The translations under genes and the position numbers were made by a program. The notes under the pieces were generated by a model, which worked only from the letters and a program-made list of their open reading frames with translations, did not search any database and was not told the origin of the DNA. DNA of 63,485 nucleotides, filler included, from Choristocarpus tenellus KU-1152 (Eukaryota > Protista > Phaeophyceae), in NCBI GenBank assembly GCA_964200185.2. It is 10 parts of 10 records of this genome, joined end to end, with 100 filler letters (N's around TTAATTAATTAA, not from the genome) between each part and the next. Parts side by side here need not be neighbours in the genome. Positions count along the whole stretch, not along the records: positions 48,824 to 58,385 come from CAXNAD020003576.1; positions 58,486 to 63,485 come from CAXNAD020012219.1; 8 more parts are not named here. One strand, written 5' to 3'. Shown in pieces: positions 50,045 through 63,439 of the stretch. Every line of letters starts with the position of its first letter. The stretch's first letter is position 1.

Positions 50045-53000
50045 CTTCTGATTCCTACCCACCTGCACCAGGTTGACTAGCCTAGGAGACACTCTGGGCC
50101 GTACTGCCAATGGATCCTTCCCATCAACAGGAGTACCTGGATCTGATGGGCCCGCAGGATCCTCCTTACAAGTTCCAAAGAGAGATCAATCAATACGGAG
50201 ATAACAAAGGGAGAGTTGGTCAATCATATTCAAACATGCAGTTTGTCAGACAGGCCCTTGTCTTGTCTGTCTTGCCTACCCCCCTTGTAACCTAAAACAT
50301 TGTATGCCTGCCTGCCTGCCTGCCTTGCCTGCCCCCTCTTGCCTACACGCATCAGTCTAGCCATTGCATGCTATTGAGATTATTGAGATGTCGGAACAGT
50401 GATATTATTGACATTAGTGAGATATCAGAGCACTGATATAACTGAGAATATCGAGATATTGGAATACGGATATTACTGAGATTATTGAAATATTGTAAAA
50501 CTGATATAACTGAGATTAGTGAGATATCGGAACACCTATTTTTCTGTGGTTGTTTTGATTGTGGTGATAGAAGATATGGAACATGTTAGACACTTCTGAT
50601 TGTTTCACAATGCATGACGCCAACGACACTTGTTATTAATTACTTGCATTTTGATACATATTAATTACTTGCATTTTGATACTTATTAATTACTTGCATT
50701 TTGATACTTATTAATTACTTGCATTTTGATACTTATTAATTACTTGTATTTTGATACATATTAATTACTTGCATTTTGCATTTTGATACTTATTAAAAAA
50801 AATTACCAAATAACTACTAAATAACTACTAAATATATAATACTATCTTGTTCACTTCACTGCGCTTCAGTTGTTTCTAATTCAAATATTTTAATTCAGAT
50901 ATTTCAACCGATCAAACTGAAGTCGATTGAACTCTCACTATCCACAACCCTAACCCTACTCCCAATAGCAACACAATACTCTCTATCTCTCGAACCCTAA
51001 CCCTAACCCGAGCTTAAACTGCACCCAAGAAGGCCCCCCCCCCAAAAAAAAAAACAGTCCAACAATGAAATCAATCCATGCTTTTATTAAATCAATTGTA
51101 ATAAAAAAAATTAATTAAATTAAATTAAAAATAAAATAAAAATGTACACATGCAGTCTGTCCTATGTACCACCCCCCAAAAAACTTGGCCACTCCAATCT
51201 CTCCCTCTTCATGCAGTGCACATCTTAACCTGACATGATCTAGACCACTATCATCACAAATAAAAAAAATAGAGATTATCGACAACATCCCTGAAGGTAT
51301 TTGGGATACAACAGCAACAGCCCTCACACTAGCCCTCACTACAACACCCCCCAGCACTGACCTTCCCGTTGAACCCCACTACAACCACTTCTCCAACTGC
51401 AAACAGGAGCCTCTCCACCAGAGCAGCCATATCCCCTCCACAGGCCCTGGCGACAAATGAGGGTGTGATTAACATATCACTGTTACATATACTATTACAT
51501 ATCACTATTACTTACTCACTTACCAGTTCTACTGCATGATTAAATTGTAATATGTACATATCACTATTACTTAACTCACTTACCAGTTCAACTACATGAT
51601 TAAATTGTGATATGTACATATCACTATTGCTTAACTCACTTACCAGTTCAACTACATGATTAAATTGTGATATGTACATATCACTATTGCTTAACTCACT
51701 TACCAGTTCAACTACATGATTAAATTGTGATACATGCTACTACTTTTCGAATAAAATATCAACACCAATTATTTTATATTTAAATTGTGATATATGCTAC
51801 TACTGTAGGAATGTAACTTCAATACTAATTATTTTTTTATTTACAATGTGATACATGCTACTACTGTTGGAATATAATATCATTACCAATTATTTTATAT
51901 TTACAATGTCATACATGCTACTACTATTGTACCAAAATTAAAAATATTTATTCTAAATATAAATTTATATATATTGTGACACGTGATATTATTTTCGGAA
52001 CAATATTACCGAAAATAATTATTCTCACAATTTATGTTGTAACCCTCATTCCACAATGAACATTAATATTATTTACATTCTTGTACTGCGATAAGCATCG
52101 ACATAACATAATAGTTAAACACATCTATCATAATAGTTAAATACATCTATCACTATTGTTATTGTTTGATACTACACAATATACACACATACATACTACT
52201 CTTGGAACATTAAAAAAAAACACGATACACACAGTCACTATTTAGCAACAGTCACTATTTAGCAACAGTCACTATATAACAACAGTCACTATTTAACATT
52301 GTAACCACGTCTAAGGATCAAGAATGAACCTCCCCGGTGGCATCTCAAGGATCGAGAATATCACCAAGGATCAAGAAACACCCCTACTACCACATCTGAT
52401 TCACAATGTATATATATATTTTATTATTGTAAGTATCATCATGTATATATTATTATCATTGTAAATATCATTATTATTTTGAGCAACACACCTGTGCATA
52501 AAATGATAAAACAATGTAAGACTCAGCCAATGATCACAAATACACACAATAGATATATGCAGACCAATAAATATATATATATATATATGAGCACAGCAAT
52601 TGATTTTAAAAATTAAAAAAGTAAACCCACCGATTTTTCTACTTCCCTCATCCCATGACATTATTATTACAACTAATACAAATAATAATAATAATATATA
52701 GGGTTGGGGTTGAAACAAAGCACACACCTTCCAATTCTACAACCAAAACTGCTAGTAGTATATAGGGTTAGGGTTGAAACAAAGCACACACCTTCCAATT
52801 CTACAACCAAAACTGCTAGTAGTATATAGGGTTAGGGTTGAAACAAAGCACGCACCTTCCAATTCTACAACCAAAACTACAATTAGTATACAGGGTTACG
52901 GTTGAAACAAGGCACACACCTTCCAATTCTACCACAATAACTTCGCTGTGCTCTTGTATCATTTTCCAAGCAACACTGCTGATAGCCCCTTCAGCCAAAA

Positions 53001-54897
53001 ATGTGTTGACACCAAATCCACTCTTTTTTCAATGGTCATCCCCTCCTTCGCAGGCATTTAACTTCCCTTCAGGCATATGGGCATGGTGCATAGCATACAT
53101 TGCACAGGACTCAAAAAGGTCTTGTAAAACTCTAAAAAAGGGCCAAAATCACCCCTCCCACAAACTCTAAGAAAGTCTTTTTAATCAAACTGCTACTTCT
53201 GCTAAGTGCAAGCATAACACGAACCAATCAACTCAAGAGTAGGAACACATTGAGATGGAACACATTGAGATGGAATCACCCCCAATACCAAAACTTCAAG
53301 GGCATTCAGTACTGTTCTGGATGACAAATACCCACCACAACATTATGTGATATTTCTTCTATACTTGAAGGGGTTGAGAAAGGTATGATGATGATCCACC
53401 AATATATACATATATATATATACATACATACATACATACATGCATATATCTTAGACACGCACCCTCTCTTGCTTATATACTCCACACTAATATAGCACTC
53501 CAAGCAATAATAATAATAATAGTGATAATAGTAGTAATAACAATAACAATAATAATAATAGTGATAATAGTAGTAATAACAATAACAATAACAACAATAA
53601 TGATAGTAGTAGATATAAAAATAACAATGATAATGATAATTGTAGCAGGAGTAGGTAGATGGGAAGATAAGGGAGAGTAGTACAATATTTGATAGTGGTG
53701 AAGTAACCGATTAGTGGTTTCCACACTTCCCCCCTGACACATCTGCAAAATGTCAGAGGGCATAATAATAAATATAATAGTAGTTATAACAATAATAAAA
53801 ACAATCGTGATAATAGTATTTATAACAATAATAACAATAATGATAATAGCAGTAATAACAATAACAACAAAAATAATAGTGATAATACTAGAATAGCAAG
53901 AACAATAACAAAAATAATAGTGATAATACTAGAATAGCAATAACAATAACAAAAATAATAGTGATAATACTAGAATAGCAATAACAATAACAACAAAAAT
54001 AATAGTGATAATACTAGAATAGCAATAACAATAACAACAATAATAATAGTAGAAATAGCAATAACAATAATAATAATAATAATAATAATGAGACGATACA
54101 CACCTTGCTCCCGGGTGGTTGAGGAGGCTCCCGCTGCCACTGTAAACAAAAGCGTGTAACATATCCTCAAACACTTCAAGGGCATGGTTAGTCCAAGCAA
54201 GGCAAGTCAAGGCACCTTCCTCTGGCGACTCCGCCTGCAGCAATTACAAAAAAAAAATCATACAACAATAAAAAAAAAAAATCAGTAACATGAAGAAAAA
54301 GAAAATCGTACACATTTCTATTTTTTTTTTAATTCCCTAGGGGTGCATTCACACAAATCATACAACACAAATATTTAATCTGCTAGTGCATGCAAAAAAA
54401 TAAATATCAACGAAAAACACACAATAAAACACACACACACACACGCCTGTACATGTACATTGTTTAGAGCCAGTGCACTTCAATCGAGGGGAAAAAAAAA
54501 ACTTTCCAGCGATCGTTCGACATCCAAGACAGAGGGCAACGTCATCAACTGCCACAAAAAAAAAAAAATTGGGGCAGAAATTTCTCAGAAAATTCTTCAT
54601 CCACACTGGCTCTATTCACTGACTCTATCAGCCTCCGCGACACGGTGAAGACGCACGCGAAGAGGTCTCGGTGTTGCAAGCATCCACTTTGCTCTTCTCA
54701 TCATCTCCGTCGGGTGCATTCAAACTTCAACCACATTCAAACTTCAACCACATTCAAAATTCAACCACATTCAAAATTCAACCACATTCAAAATTCAACC
54801 ACACTTGGAATGCAAACAACATTACACTGCCTGCTACTACTGAACTTATCTGATCCAAGACTTGTACTACTGTCGAGCATCGAACTGTGCGGCCTTG

Positions 54898-54935
<38 letters not shown>

Positions 54936-57933
54936 ATTCAAATCTTATTTCATGCAAATCTTACCACTTACAAACCTTACCACTTACAAACCTTATCCCA
55001 TGCAAATGTAAATACATATAAATCTCGTGGCATAAAACCTTATTTCATGCAAATCTTACTACATACAAATCTTCACTGCATAAAACCTTTCTATATAAAA
55101 ACTTATTTCATGCAAATTTTACTACATAAAAATCTTATTTCATACAAATCTTCATGTGCACATATGCTTCACTTTGACGTGACAAATGTATGTACTCAAA
55201 TAATGTATGCAAAATAAAAAATCACAACACACACAAAAATACACATAAATGATAATACTAATAATGATAATATACTAATAAAATACCTCTACTTAAAAAA
55301 AATATATATATATCATACACCTATAGTTATTGTTCCATGTTTTTCTTTTTTCATGACTGGAAGTATTGTAAGGACTAACTCTGTTACACTCAAATTGTGC
55401 AGGAAGAATCGAGTGACACGCAATTCTGCGAGCAAAACGCACATGCTTAAAAACAAAAAAAATAAACAGTACATTCTTGGTTTAATCAAATCACACTACT
55501 GGCTGTACTTACTCAATCTCTACCACTCACAACACCACGTACTTCAATACTTTAAACATGAGAAAAAAAAGTTAAAATATATGTAAATAAAAAATAAAAT
55601 AATAACAAAGTAGAGAAGAAAAAAAGATGCGCATACAACATAGGACACAGCAATACCTTTCCACCTACGTGTATGAATATATTGAAAAAAAATGATAATA
55701 TTAAAAAAAACGGAATGCATACACACACAAAAATACACAAATAAACACACACACACACACACACAGGCACACAGGCACACACAATCAAACACTCTCTCTC
55801 TCTCTCTCATACACACACACACAAAACCAACACCCAACACCTTAGCAAAGCAGAGACTGGTCAGGGCTCCCACAGCAGCGCTAGAGGTCCCGGGCCTTGC
55901 CACCAGCCCCAACAGGAGGTCCAGCAGATCATCAGCTAATGGGGTCGCAACCGCTGCTGGTATCCATGGAGCCAGTCGGGCTACCACTCCCAAGACCCTC
56001 CTTCCATCTTCCTCAAACTCATCCTCTGGAGGAACGCCTCCTTCCACTTCGCCAAATGAGACAGGGTTAGGTTTTCGATAAACTATTAGTAAGAAATGGG
56101 CAGATTATGGGGTTTAGGGTTATAGATGCACTTGAGCTCTGGATCGCTACGGAGCGCTCCAGAGCACATCACAAACTGTTCTTCCGGAGGAGTGTGTGCC
56201 TCCTTTGCCTGTGTGGGACAGAGTTGGGATTATTCACATTGTGTGTGCCGCAGACTGCATCGGTGTATGCTTTGGCTCTGTAGCCCGCCCTGTAGCCTTT
56301 GAGTGGAAAGTACCTGAGACTTCGGACAACATCGTTGGCTCTTGCAATGCTGCATTGAGAATTATTTTTATTTTTTTGTCAAGGTTTAAACAAACCGTTC
56401 CCGCAGAGTAAAAATAAATAAATTTGTAATGTGTGTTTCTTCGGTCCAAAAAGGTGTTTCGAACGTTAACACAGTGTTTGTTGTTTGTCCCTTCAACCTA
56501 GCACACGCCGGGTCATTTAACACAATGCCGTAACACTGTGTTACGCTGTAATGGGTGTTACGAGCTATATGAAAAAACAAAAAAACAAACAAACACGATC
56601 TCGTTTGAAACGATAAAAAAAACGAACTTCTAGATAAACGGTTTACCCGGTTGAACCATTTTTTATGTACACACAGCAATGCATCTGTGGTGTGGATTAG
56701 TAAGTATGAACGTCGTAATGGTGATTGGGCTAGCAAGGGTGAGAAGCAACTCTGTGAGAATCACACAAAATCTACTGAAGGGAGTGATAGTGAGGAGTAC
56801 CTTTGCGAGAACTATACAACATCTGCTGAAGGGAGTGATAGAAAACATTTGGATTGCCATTGGGCACCAAGGTCATCACCACACAGCATCAGAGAAACCT
56901 AACACAACAACACTGAAGAAGATGCCAAGAGACACTACTACTACCTGTCCAGACCGTCCATAACACCAGTGCAATATACTTCCCATCTCATTCTGTGACA
57001 ATAATTGGTTATATTATTTATTATTTTACCACGCAACATAATGGGGAGCCAACGCAACACTTCGGAGAGTGTTCAGCCGAAACACTATGTATGTTGCCTC
57101 TCAACATAACACAATAGTATGTTGCATGTTGTCTTTCAGCATAATGTTTTTTTTTTACATTAAATTGGCAACACATTGTATATGCTTTCGTCTGAAGTGC
57201 TTAAGGGTACTACATAGCAACATACATATATATATATGTATATATGTGTGTTTAGAGTGGAGTGTTATGGGCACTACATAATGTTGCATATGTCTTTGTT
57301 GTAAGTGTTACGGAAAAAATATCGTGTTGAGTTCTATGTTGTCCAATACTTCAAGTCTTTGTTTGTTGTAAGAGTCATGGAAATAACATAGTGTTGAGTT
57401 CTATCTTGTCCAAGATGTGAAGTACTTCAATAGCTCTTTGAGCTGTGTGTATGTGTGCTTGCATTGACTGGAGATTCTTCTTTTTACCACATTGTATTCA
57501 CGCCTTTATTTCACTCTGTAGCTCATCCACCCTCCACAAGCGCTCTGTGGCGCACTACAGCACAATCCACTACACCTCACAAAACATTCTCGAACAGTTA
57601 CACTTAAAAAAAAATACATATAGTGCTATTTTGGCCACCAAAATCAACCAGGGAGAACCACCCATCAACCACAAAAACAAGATGAATTATTCAAAAAACA
57701 TGTAGCCAATCAAAACCATCCATTCACGCATTTCAATTTACTACCAAACCTGTAACTCTCTCACCTTCTCCTTGGATCCCCTTCTGCCCCTCCCCCTCCC
57801 CATGGGTAGAAATTGTCGTAGAAGAAGCCTTGGCCAGAATGTGCCCTCTAACTCTCCCCCAGCAACGAACACCGAACATAGGATCTAGAGGAGGATCAAC
57901 ACTACCTGCCTTTGCCACCACTGCACCACCCCC
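48824..57933 (-). CDS. Internal exons of a large HEAT-repeat protein, probably condensin II subunit D3 (NCAPD3-like)
   Basis: Exons ~57933/57920-57765, 56040-55841, 54234-54104, 51446-51362, 50164-50063 and 49049-48824 join in frame (phases 1,0,2,0,0). Peptide: LDPMFGVRCW...VLGVVARLAPWIP...LADDLLDLL...AVGALTSLC...CLAW...VERLLFAVGEVVVVGF...RLVNLVQVLLPPRLP. The exon chain is well supported. The NCAPD3 assignment is from motif recall only. Confidence 0.7.
50633..50796. repeat. 25-bp minisatellite, about 6 copies
   Basis: Unit TTATTAATTACTTGCATTTTGATAC. Confidence 0.9.
51497..51930. repeat. Two abutting 60-bp minisatellites (about 4 and about 3.5 copies)
   Basis: ACATATCACTATTGCTTAACTCACTTACCAGTTCAACTACATGATTAAATTGTGATATGT, then AAATTGTGATACATGCTACTACT...TTTTATATTT; both have period 60. 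Confidence 0.9.
52697..52932. repeat. 64-bp minisatellite (about 3.7 copies) containing TAGGGTTAGGGTT
   Basis: GGGTT starts at 52701, 52765, 52829 and 52893. Confidence 0.9.
53505..54090. repeat. AAT/AAC/AGT-rich compound micro/minisatellite
   Basis: Repeated AATAATAGTGATAATA(CTAGA)ATAGCAATAAC units. Confidence 0.85.
54716..54803. repeat. 17-bp minisatellite, 5 copies
   Basis: Unit CATTCAAAMTTCAACCA. Confidence 0.9.
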
Positions 57934-58279
57934 ACTGCAGCACCATAGTCACCATTGAGAACATACACATGTCTTTGTGTGAGTGTTCTAGATGTATGTA
58001 TGTATGTAGGTATGTATGTATTATGTGCCTTGCTGTGTTTGAACCTTGTTATTTTCTTGGCATTATCCTTTGTCTGCTTTTCTCTGCACTACCTGACTAC
58101 CTTAACATGGAACTCAAGCAAATTGGACTAATGTAAATTGGACTAATGTGTGATAAAACATTAGTGCACTTAAGATATGGATATCCACGCCTGTGCATCT
58201 ACAGAGTCAGTATATACACCTGTGCATTTTGAGATGCACATCATGCAGAATAAATCCCTCCCATTTGTATCTTATGTCA

Positions 58280-58310
<31 letters not shown>

Positions 58311-58485
58311 TACCCCTAACCCTAGGCCTAAGCTCAAACACACACACACACACACACACACAGGACAGGGTCAATTGGACAGCAGNNNNNNNNNNNNNNN
58401 NNNNNNNNNNNNNNNNNNNNNNNNNNNNNTTAATTAATTAANNNNNNNNNNNNNNNNNNNNNNNNNNNNNNNNNNNNNNNNNNNN

Positions 58486-58528
58486 CAAATGGACAGCCAC
58501 CACCCCCCCCCCCCAGATACTTTGACCC
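58486..58528 (-). mobile_element. MITE family A terminus at contig start
   Basis: CAAATGGACAGCCACC...CCAGATACTTTGACCC. Confidence 0.8.
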
Positions 58529-58800
58529 ATTAAGCTCTTCCATGGGTCAGGACAATACAACTCTAACTATGACACAGGGCACAAATTTTGCACCCAATTT
58601 TGATCAATTGGTGCTTGCACATGTGAGAGGACACTTTAAACTGCCAAGCCCAAAATACTTCATTCCAAATTCGATACACTCAGTACAACAATCATACTCT
58701 TGGCATAGATATTTTGGTCCTAGGACTCTTTGAAATTTGCATATGGTGACCAGGAGATCCAACCAAAGGACACATGAATAATGAATAATAGGGGGTGTAC

Positions 58801-59070
58801 AAGTCAAAGCATATCTTAGGGTTAGGGTAGAGTCGCGTCCATTTGGGGGCCAAAATCAAATGTTGCGATTTTGATGTCATTTTGACTACCATGTTTGTTA
58901 GGAGATGTCAATATATCCCTGTTCTGGACCCGCCTTTCATGACGTATACATTTTACCTACTCCGAAACATTTCGGAGGAGGTAAAATGTCATTAATAACC
59001 CATGGGAAGCCAAGCCCCAAATTGACCAAAAGGGAAAAACTCGTACCCTAACCCTAAGATCATTTCACTC
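58801..59070 (+). mobile_element. MITE family B copy with telomere-like TIRs
   Basis: 4-bp TSD GTAC; the TIRs read TCTTAGGGTTAGGGTA and TACCCTAACCCTAAGA. Confidence 0.9.
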
Positions 59071-59540
59071 GTACCAATGAGTTTCCCTGCCCAAAGTGAA
59101 TTTGCTGGTATTTGGAGGTGATGTGTCATCTTTTTACTCCAGCGCTCAAGAATTTTTTTTCAAAGTATCTTGAATTTCTTGCCAGGAGTAGTTTGCATAT
59201 AGAACCAAGTGATGTGTTTCAGCTTTTGTTTGCTGGGGCATTCTGATACCTGTCAGGCCAATATTGACAGCACTGATGAGGACTATTGAGGCTAGGGTTG
59301 GGGATACCCCTCAATAACATCAGCTTTAAGCAACATACACATAGTGTATTTCCTACCAAACGATTACCCCGGTAATATTGTGACCTGGTTCGATTAGTCT
59401 AGACTCTTGAGTAAACTTCTAATGCCTGATAGCTTCCTCTACAAAGTGAGAGGCCCAATAACGTGTTCCCCTTATGAATCTCTGTTGAAGATAACGGATC
59501 ATGAAGTAGGCTTTTCTGATGGTTTTACAGCACCCTATAC

Positions 59541-62500
59541 CTCAATGTGACCATCCCATCCCAGCCCTCCAAGGGATCTTGCAGCCAGTCGACGGATCTC
59601 CTTCCTTGATGTGGCTGAGCACATGGCTGCCAGAACTTCGATTCCACCTAAGAAAGTGCGCAGCAGCACCCAAAGTCGTTCAGAAGATCGGGAAGGGATT
59701 GTTACATCGTTTGATTGGAACAAAAGTGGTGTACAAAGGTTGCACTCCTTGGACAATATAATGCTCAACACAATGTTGTGCTCATAACACTTACAATGAA
59801 AACATATGCAACACTAATTAGTGCCTGTAACACTCCAGTCCAAAGCATTTACACCATTCTGTAGTATCCTTCAACACCCTGGGCCAAAACATACATAACA
59901 TATGTTGCTACTTTAAATTAGAACACACGTTGCCATACAACCAAATAAGACTTTATAACATTGTGGTATGATACAACATAGTGTTAGGGCTTAACAATCC
60001 CCAAAGTGTTGTAATAGCACGCCATTGTGTTTTGCTACAACAAAAAATACATGTTGTTTGAATGAAATAGGATATGTTGTACTCCATAGTGACAGACTTG
60101 ACATACACAAGTGCCTCTTGATGTTTTTTTTTCTGGAGTGAAAGTGTCTTAGAGGGTACGGGTTTTGGTCTGTTTGTGCATTTGGGGCTTGGCTTCCCAT
60201 AGTTTGGTATATGATGTTTTCCTATTCCAAAATGTTTCGGAGTGGGTAAAATGTATGCATTATGAAAATGTGTGCCCAGAACATGGATATTGACACTTCC
60301 TAACAAACACGATGGGCAAAATTACATCAAAATCACAACATTGGAGTTTGGTCCCCAAATGGACACGGCTCTACCCTCTAAGATACTTTGGCCCCTGTGG
60401 TCTGTTTCTGTTTCATTTGTTGCATGGTGATGACTTGATGTAGAATACCCAAATCCGGAGGTTGGATCGTCCCCGTCCGTTAATGTTGTGAGTCTCATGT
60501 AGATAAGGCTCAACTATGCAAGCACACTCGCTGTTATGATATTTCACAACACAAAAGGTTGAGTTATAATACAAAATGTCATGTCATAGTGCAACAAGTT
60601 GCGATGGGACACAAAATGTTTTACGATTTAATCGATATTTGTAATATGTATTGTTTCAACGTAACATAATGTTACAACATAACACTCTGTGTTATGACAC
60701 AACGTGCGTTGCATAAAATGGACAACATGATGTACAACACTGTGTTAAGCCTTTAACACTGATGACAAAAAATATGCAACACTATATGGTGCCCGTAATG
60801 CCTTCAGATAAAATCATGTACTCCAACACATATCATGTACATATCAGTGTGCGAAATGTTACCACAAAGAGTACAAAGATTGTTGGAGAAACCGATCTAA
60901 GGTCTATGCAGGCAGAGAGGTGCATACATTCCTTTTTTTCACATGTTAGCTCTATGAAAAAATTACACTTTCAGTGTTAGCTCCGCGTTGTGTAGGATAG
61001 AATCAATAAAGTTTATGGGCTGCACACGAGAATGAAATAACAGCAGCATCACCACCATGATAATATGGTCTTCAATTGATGTCACAGGCCACATGCAACT
61101 AAGGGAACCCACAGGTAAACCATCTAAGGGGACTTCCAGTGTTGCATACCCAGGCTATTGGCACTGATGAAAACAAGGATTTCTAGTATTCCATGAACAT
61201 GCTCTTCACAAGGAAAGATGGGTAAGAAACAAAATAAAAGGTATGAACTGAATATTTTGTGGTGCAGTAATGTATTGCGAACACCTTGACTGTCCCGAGG
61301 TTGTTAGGCTTCACGCCAAAGAGATACATGCACACTTCTTGTTAAAGCTAGTCTCTCCCATTCATCACAAGGCTTAACCGCACCATTTTGACGGAGGGCA
61401 TCGTTGTGCTCACGCCTTGAGCCTGCCAGATTGGCCAACCGCTGGGCAAAAAACAGGAAGAGACTGTCCACATCGGTGCACAAAAGCCGGATGGCCGTCC
61501 GTTGCCGCCAAATCTTATGTCGCTCCTCTTTCCTCTCTGCCTCCACCTCCAGCTTATAGATTGCCCACTCCTGTCGAAGGCGGGCCTCCTTTTCCTCTTG
61601 GAGGCGCAGCTGTCAGTTGTCAATCACCAGTGTCGAGCACAAGTATGTTTGGGGACTCAATGCAGCGATGTGATGTCGTGCAAGATGTATCGTGTGCATG
61701 GTGCGTTTGAGGGGTGCATGGAGCCATTCCAAGGAGAAGAGTGAGAGGAGACATGTTTCGAGAAGGGCAAGATGCACTCATATCGATAGGTTGCCCGGTG
61801 TGTTGGACAAAATCAAAATAGTGCGTTCTCTTTGCAACCTCTCTCTCCTCCTCAACTTTGGCATCGCCTGTAATAATGTTATCAATAATGCTATTATCAA
61901 ATATTAATCTAGTCTCTTCACACGCAGAACTAGAGATATGACCAAAAAATCGCGACATGAAAAAATTGACCCCAAATAGACAGCTGCCACCCCCCCCCCC
62001 AGATACTTTGAGCCATATCACAAATGCACTACACAACCTAACCAACCTTCTGCATTGCTTCTCACTCACTGGGTCCAGACACCCCATACCATATTGGCCA
62101 CCTCCACCTCTGTCAAATTCAATACTTACTCACCCAGTGGCATTGTTCCACAACAAGACTGGACCACCAAGCTTTCCAGTTAATATTGTGGTACCTGTAT
62201 GACTGTACTGACATACAGTGCATGATGCTTCTCAAGTGAACCATCAATACTATAATTCCCTTAAACGGAAACCTTGGTATTGTTTGGGGTTGAGCTCGGG
62301 CACAACTCCATGAGATTGTGCTAACTGTTGCTTCTAAGACCATAGTGGAAGATCGGTGTGAGAGAGAACGGATATGAAGCGCACCCTCCAATCAACTTGA
62401 GGTCGATTGGTCAAACAAATTTAGGTTAGGAATCATGCTTTCTATCCATGGTGGTTTTGAATAAGGTGGAGACGGTGGACTGACTAGCTTGAGGAAGCTG

Positions 62501-63320
62501 TGAGATCCCTACTCAAGCTCAAACTAAAGAAAGCAACACACCTAGGAAAACCATTTAGCTACGGTGGTGGAACGTACATCACTTTTTTTTCTTATTCCAG
62601 GGATTGAGTCGCACAGCCCCAAAACATGCAAGTCATAGTTTTCTCAAGCAGTCAACCGTCATGTAGATTATACTAATTTACAATTCAGGGAAGACCCAAG
62701 TTTAGGGGTATGTACGCAAAGATCCCACAATACAATAAGTTAGTGCTGTGACTTGTGCACAAGATCAAGTTCAAAAAAGTGGGTCAATTATTGAACCCTG
62801 TTTTGCTTCTGAGCTACTTTTAGACCTAAGAACATCACACTTAACATGGTATGGATGACTCTTACCATATCCACCCTGGAGCTCTCCTCGTATAAATCCT
62901 AGTGCTGAAGGTTGTCACTCTCTAAGGGAGACATGCGGGGTCCTTGATGACTAAGATGATGACTAAGATGATGACTAAGATGATGACTAAGATGATGACT
63001 AAGATGATGACTAAGATGATGACCACGTGAGTACTGTGCATGTCCCACACCTGAGAGAACAGTCCCGCTATCCACAACTCTAGTCGATTGCAATGCATTC
63101 TCTCGCTCCTGAGCTCTGTCTTGATCTTCTGTGCCTTCCACTTCCACTCCTCACTATATCTTGCCAGGCGCTCCTCTGCATCCTTCCGTTTAGCAGTCTC
63201 AAGCGTGAGATCGTGGCGGAGAGCTTCAATCCAAGCCTCCTTTTGCTTCCACCCAGTACTGAGGCCGTTGATCTGCTTGGTGAACTCCTGTCGAACCTGA
63301 GGTTCCATGGTCGGGGATAC
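59541..63320 (-). CDS. Exons of a coiled-coil plus ARM-repeat-like protein (partial model)
   Basis: Exon-like segments: ~63320-63051 (EQ/K-rich coiled coil, CAG|GT donor); ~61610-61480 (LRLQEEKEARLRQEWAIYKLEVEAERKEERHKIWRQR); ~61441-61370 (RLANLAGSRREHNDALRQNGAVKP); and 59647-59541 (GIEVLAAMCSATSRKEIRRLAARSLGGLGW). Not all joins are resolved. Confidence 0.55.
60136..60394 (-). mobile_element. MITE family B full copy
   Basis: GAGTGAAAGTGTCTTAGAGGGTAC...TACCCTCTAAGATACTTTGGCCC. Confidence 0.9.
61941..62014 (-). mobile_element. MITE family A partial copy
   Basis: AAAATCGCGACATGAAAAAATTGACCCCAAAT...CCAGATACTTTGAGCC. Confidence 0.8.
62946..63024. repeat. 12-bp minisatellite, about 6.5 copies
   Basis: Unit GATGATGACTAA. 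Confidence 0.92.
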
Positions 63321-63439
63321 TTGTTGGAACAGACACAATCTTGATACTTTGCAGGACAAGTACAGGGGGCGTTGGCTTACTTGCAGTGTTTGCTGTGACC
63401 CCAAACTGATTTTTTAATTCAGCAGAGTTTTGAAAAAGG

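Noticed and set aside
50633-52932. Regular repeats as a CRISPR array
   Set aside because: Head-to-tail units with no unique spacers, eukaryotic intronic context, and no cas genes.
53473-54090. Poly-Ile/Leu/Tyr ORFs
   Set aside because: Translations of intronic AAT-type microsatellites.
56136-56165. GC-rich hairpin as a Helitron 3' end
   Set aside because: No CTRR terminus at the expected distance on either strand and no second copy in the window.
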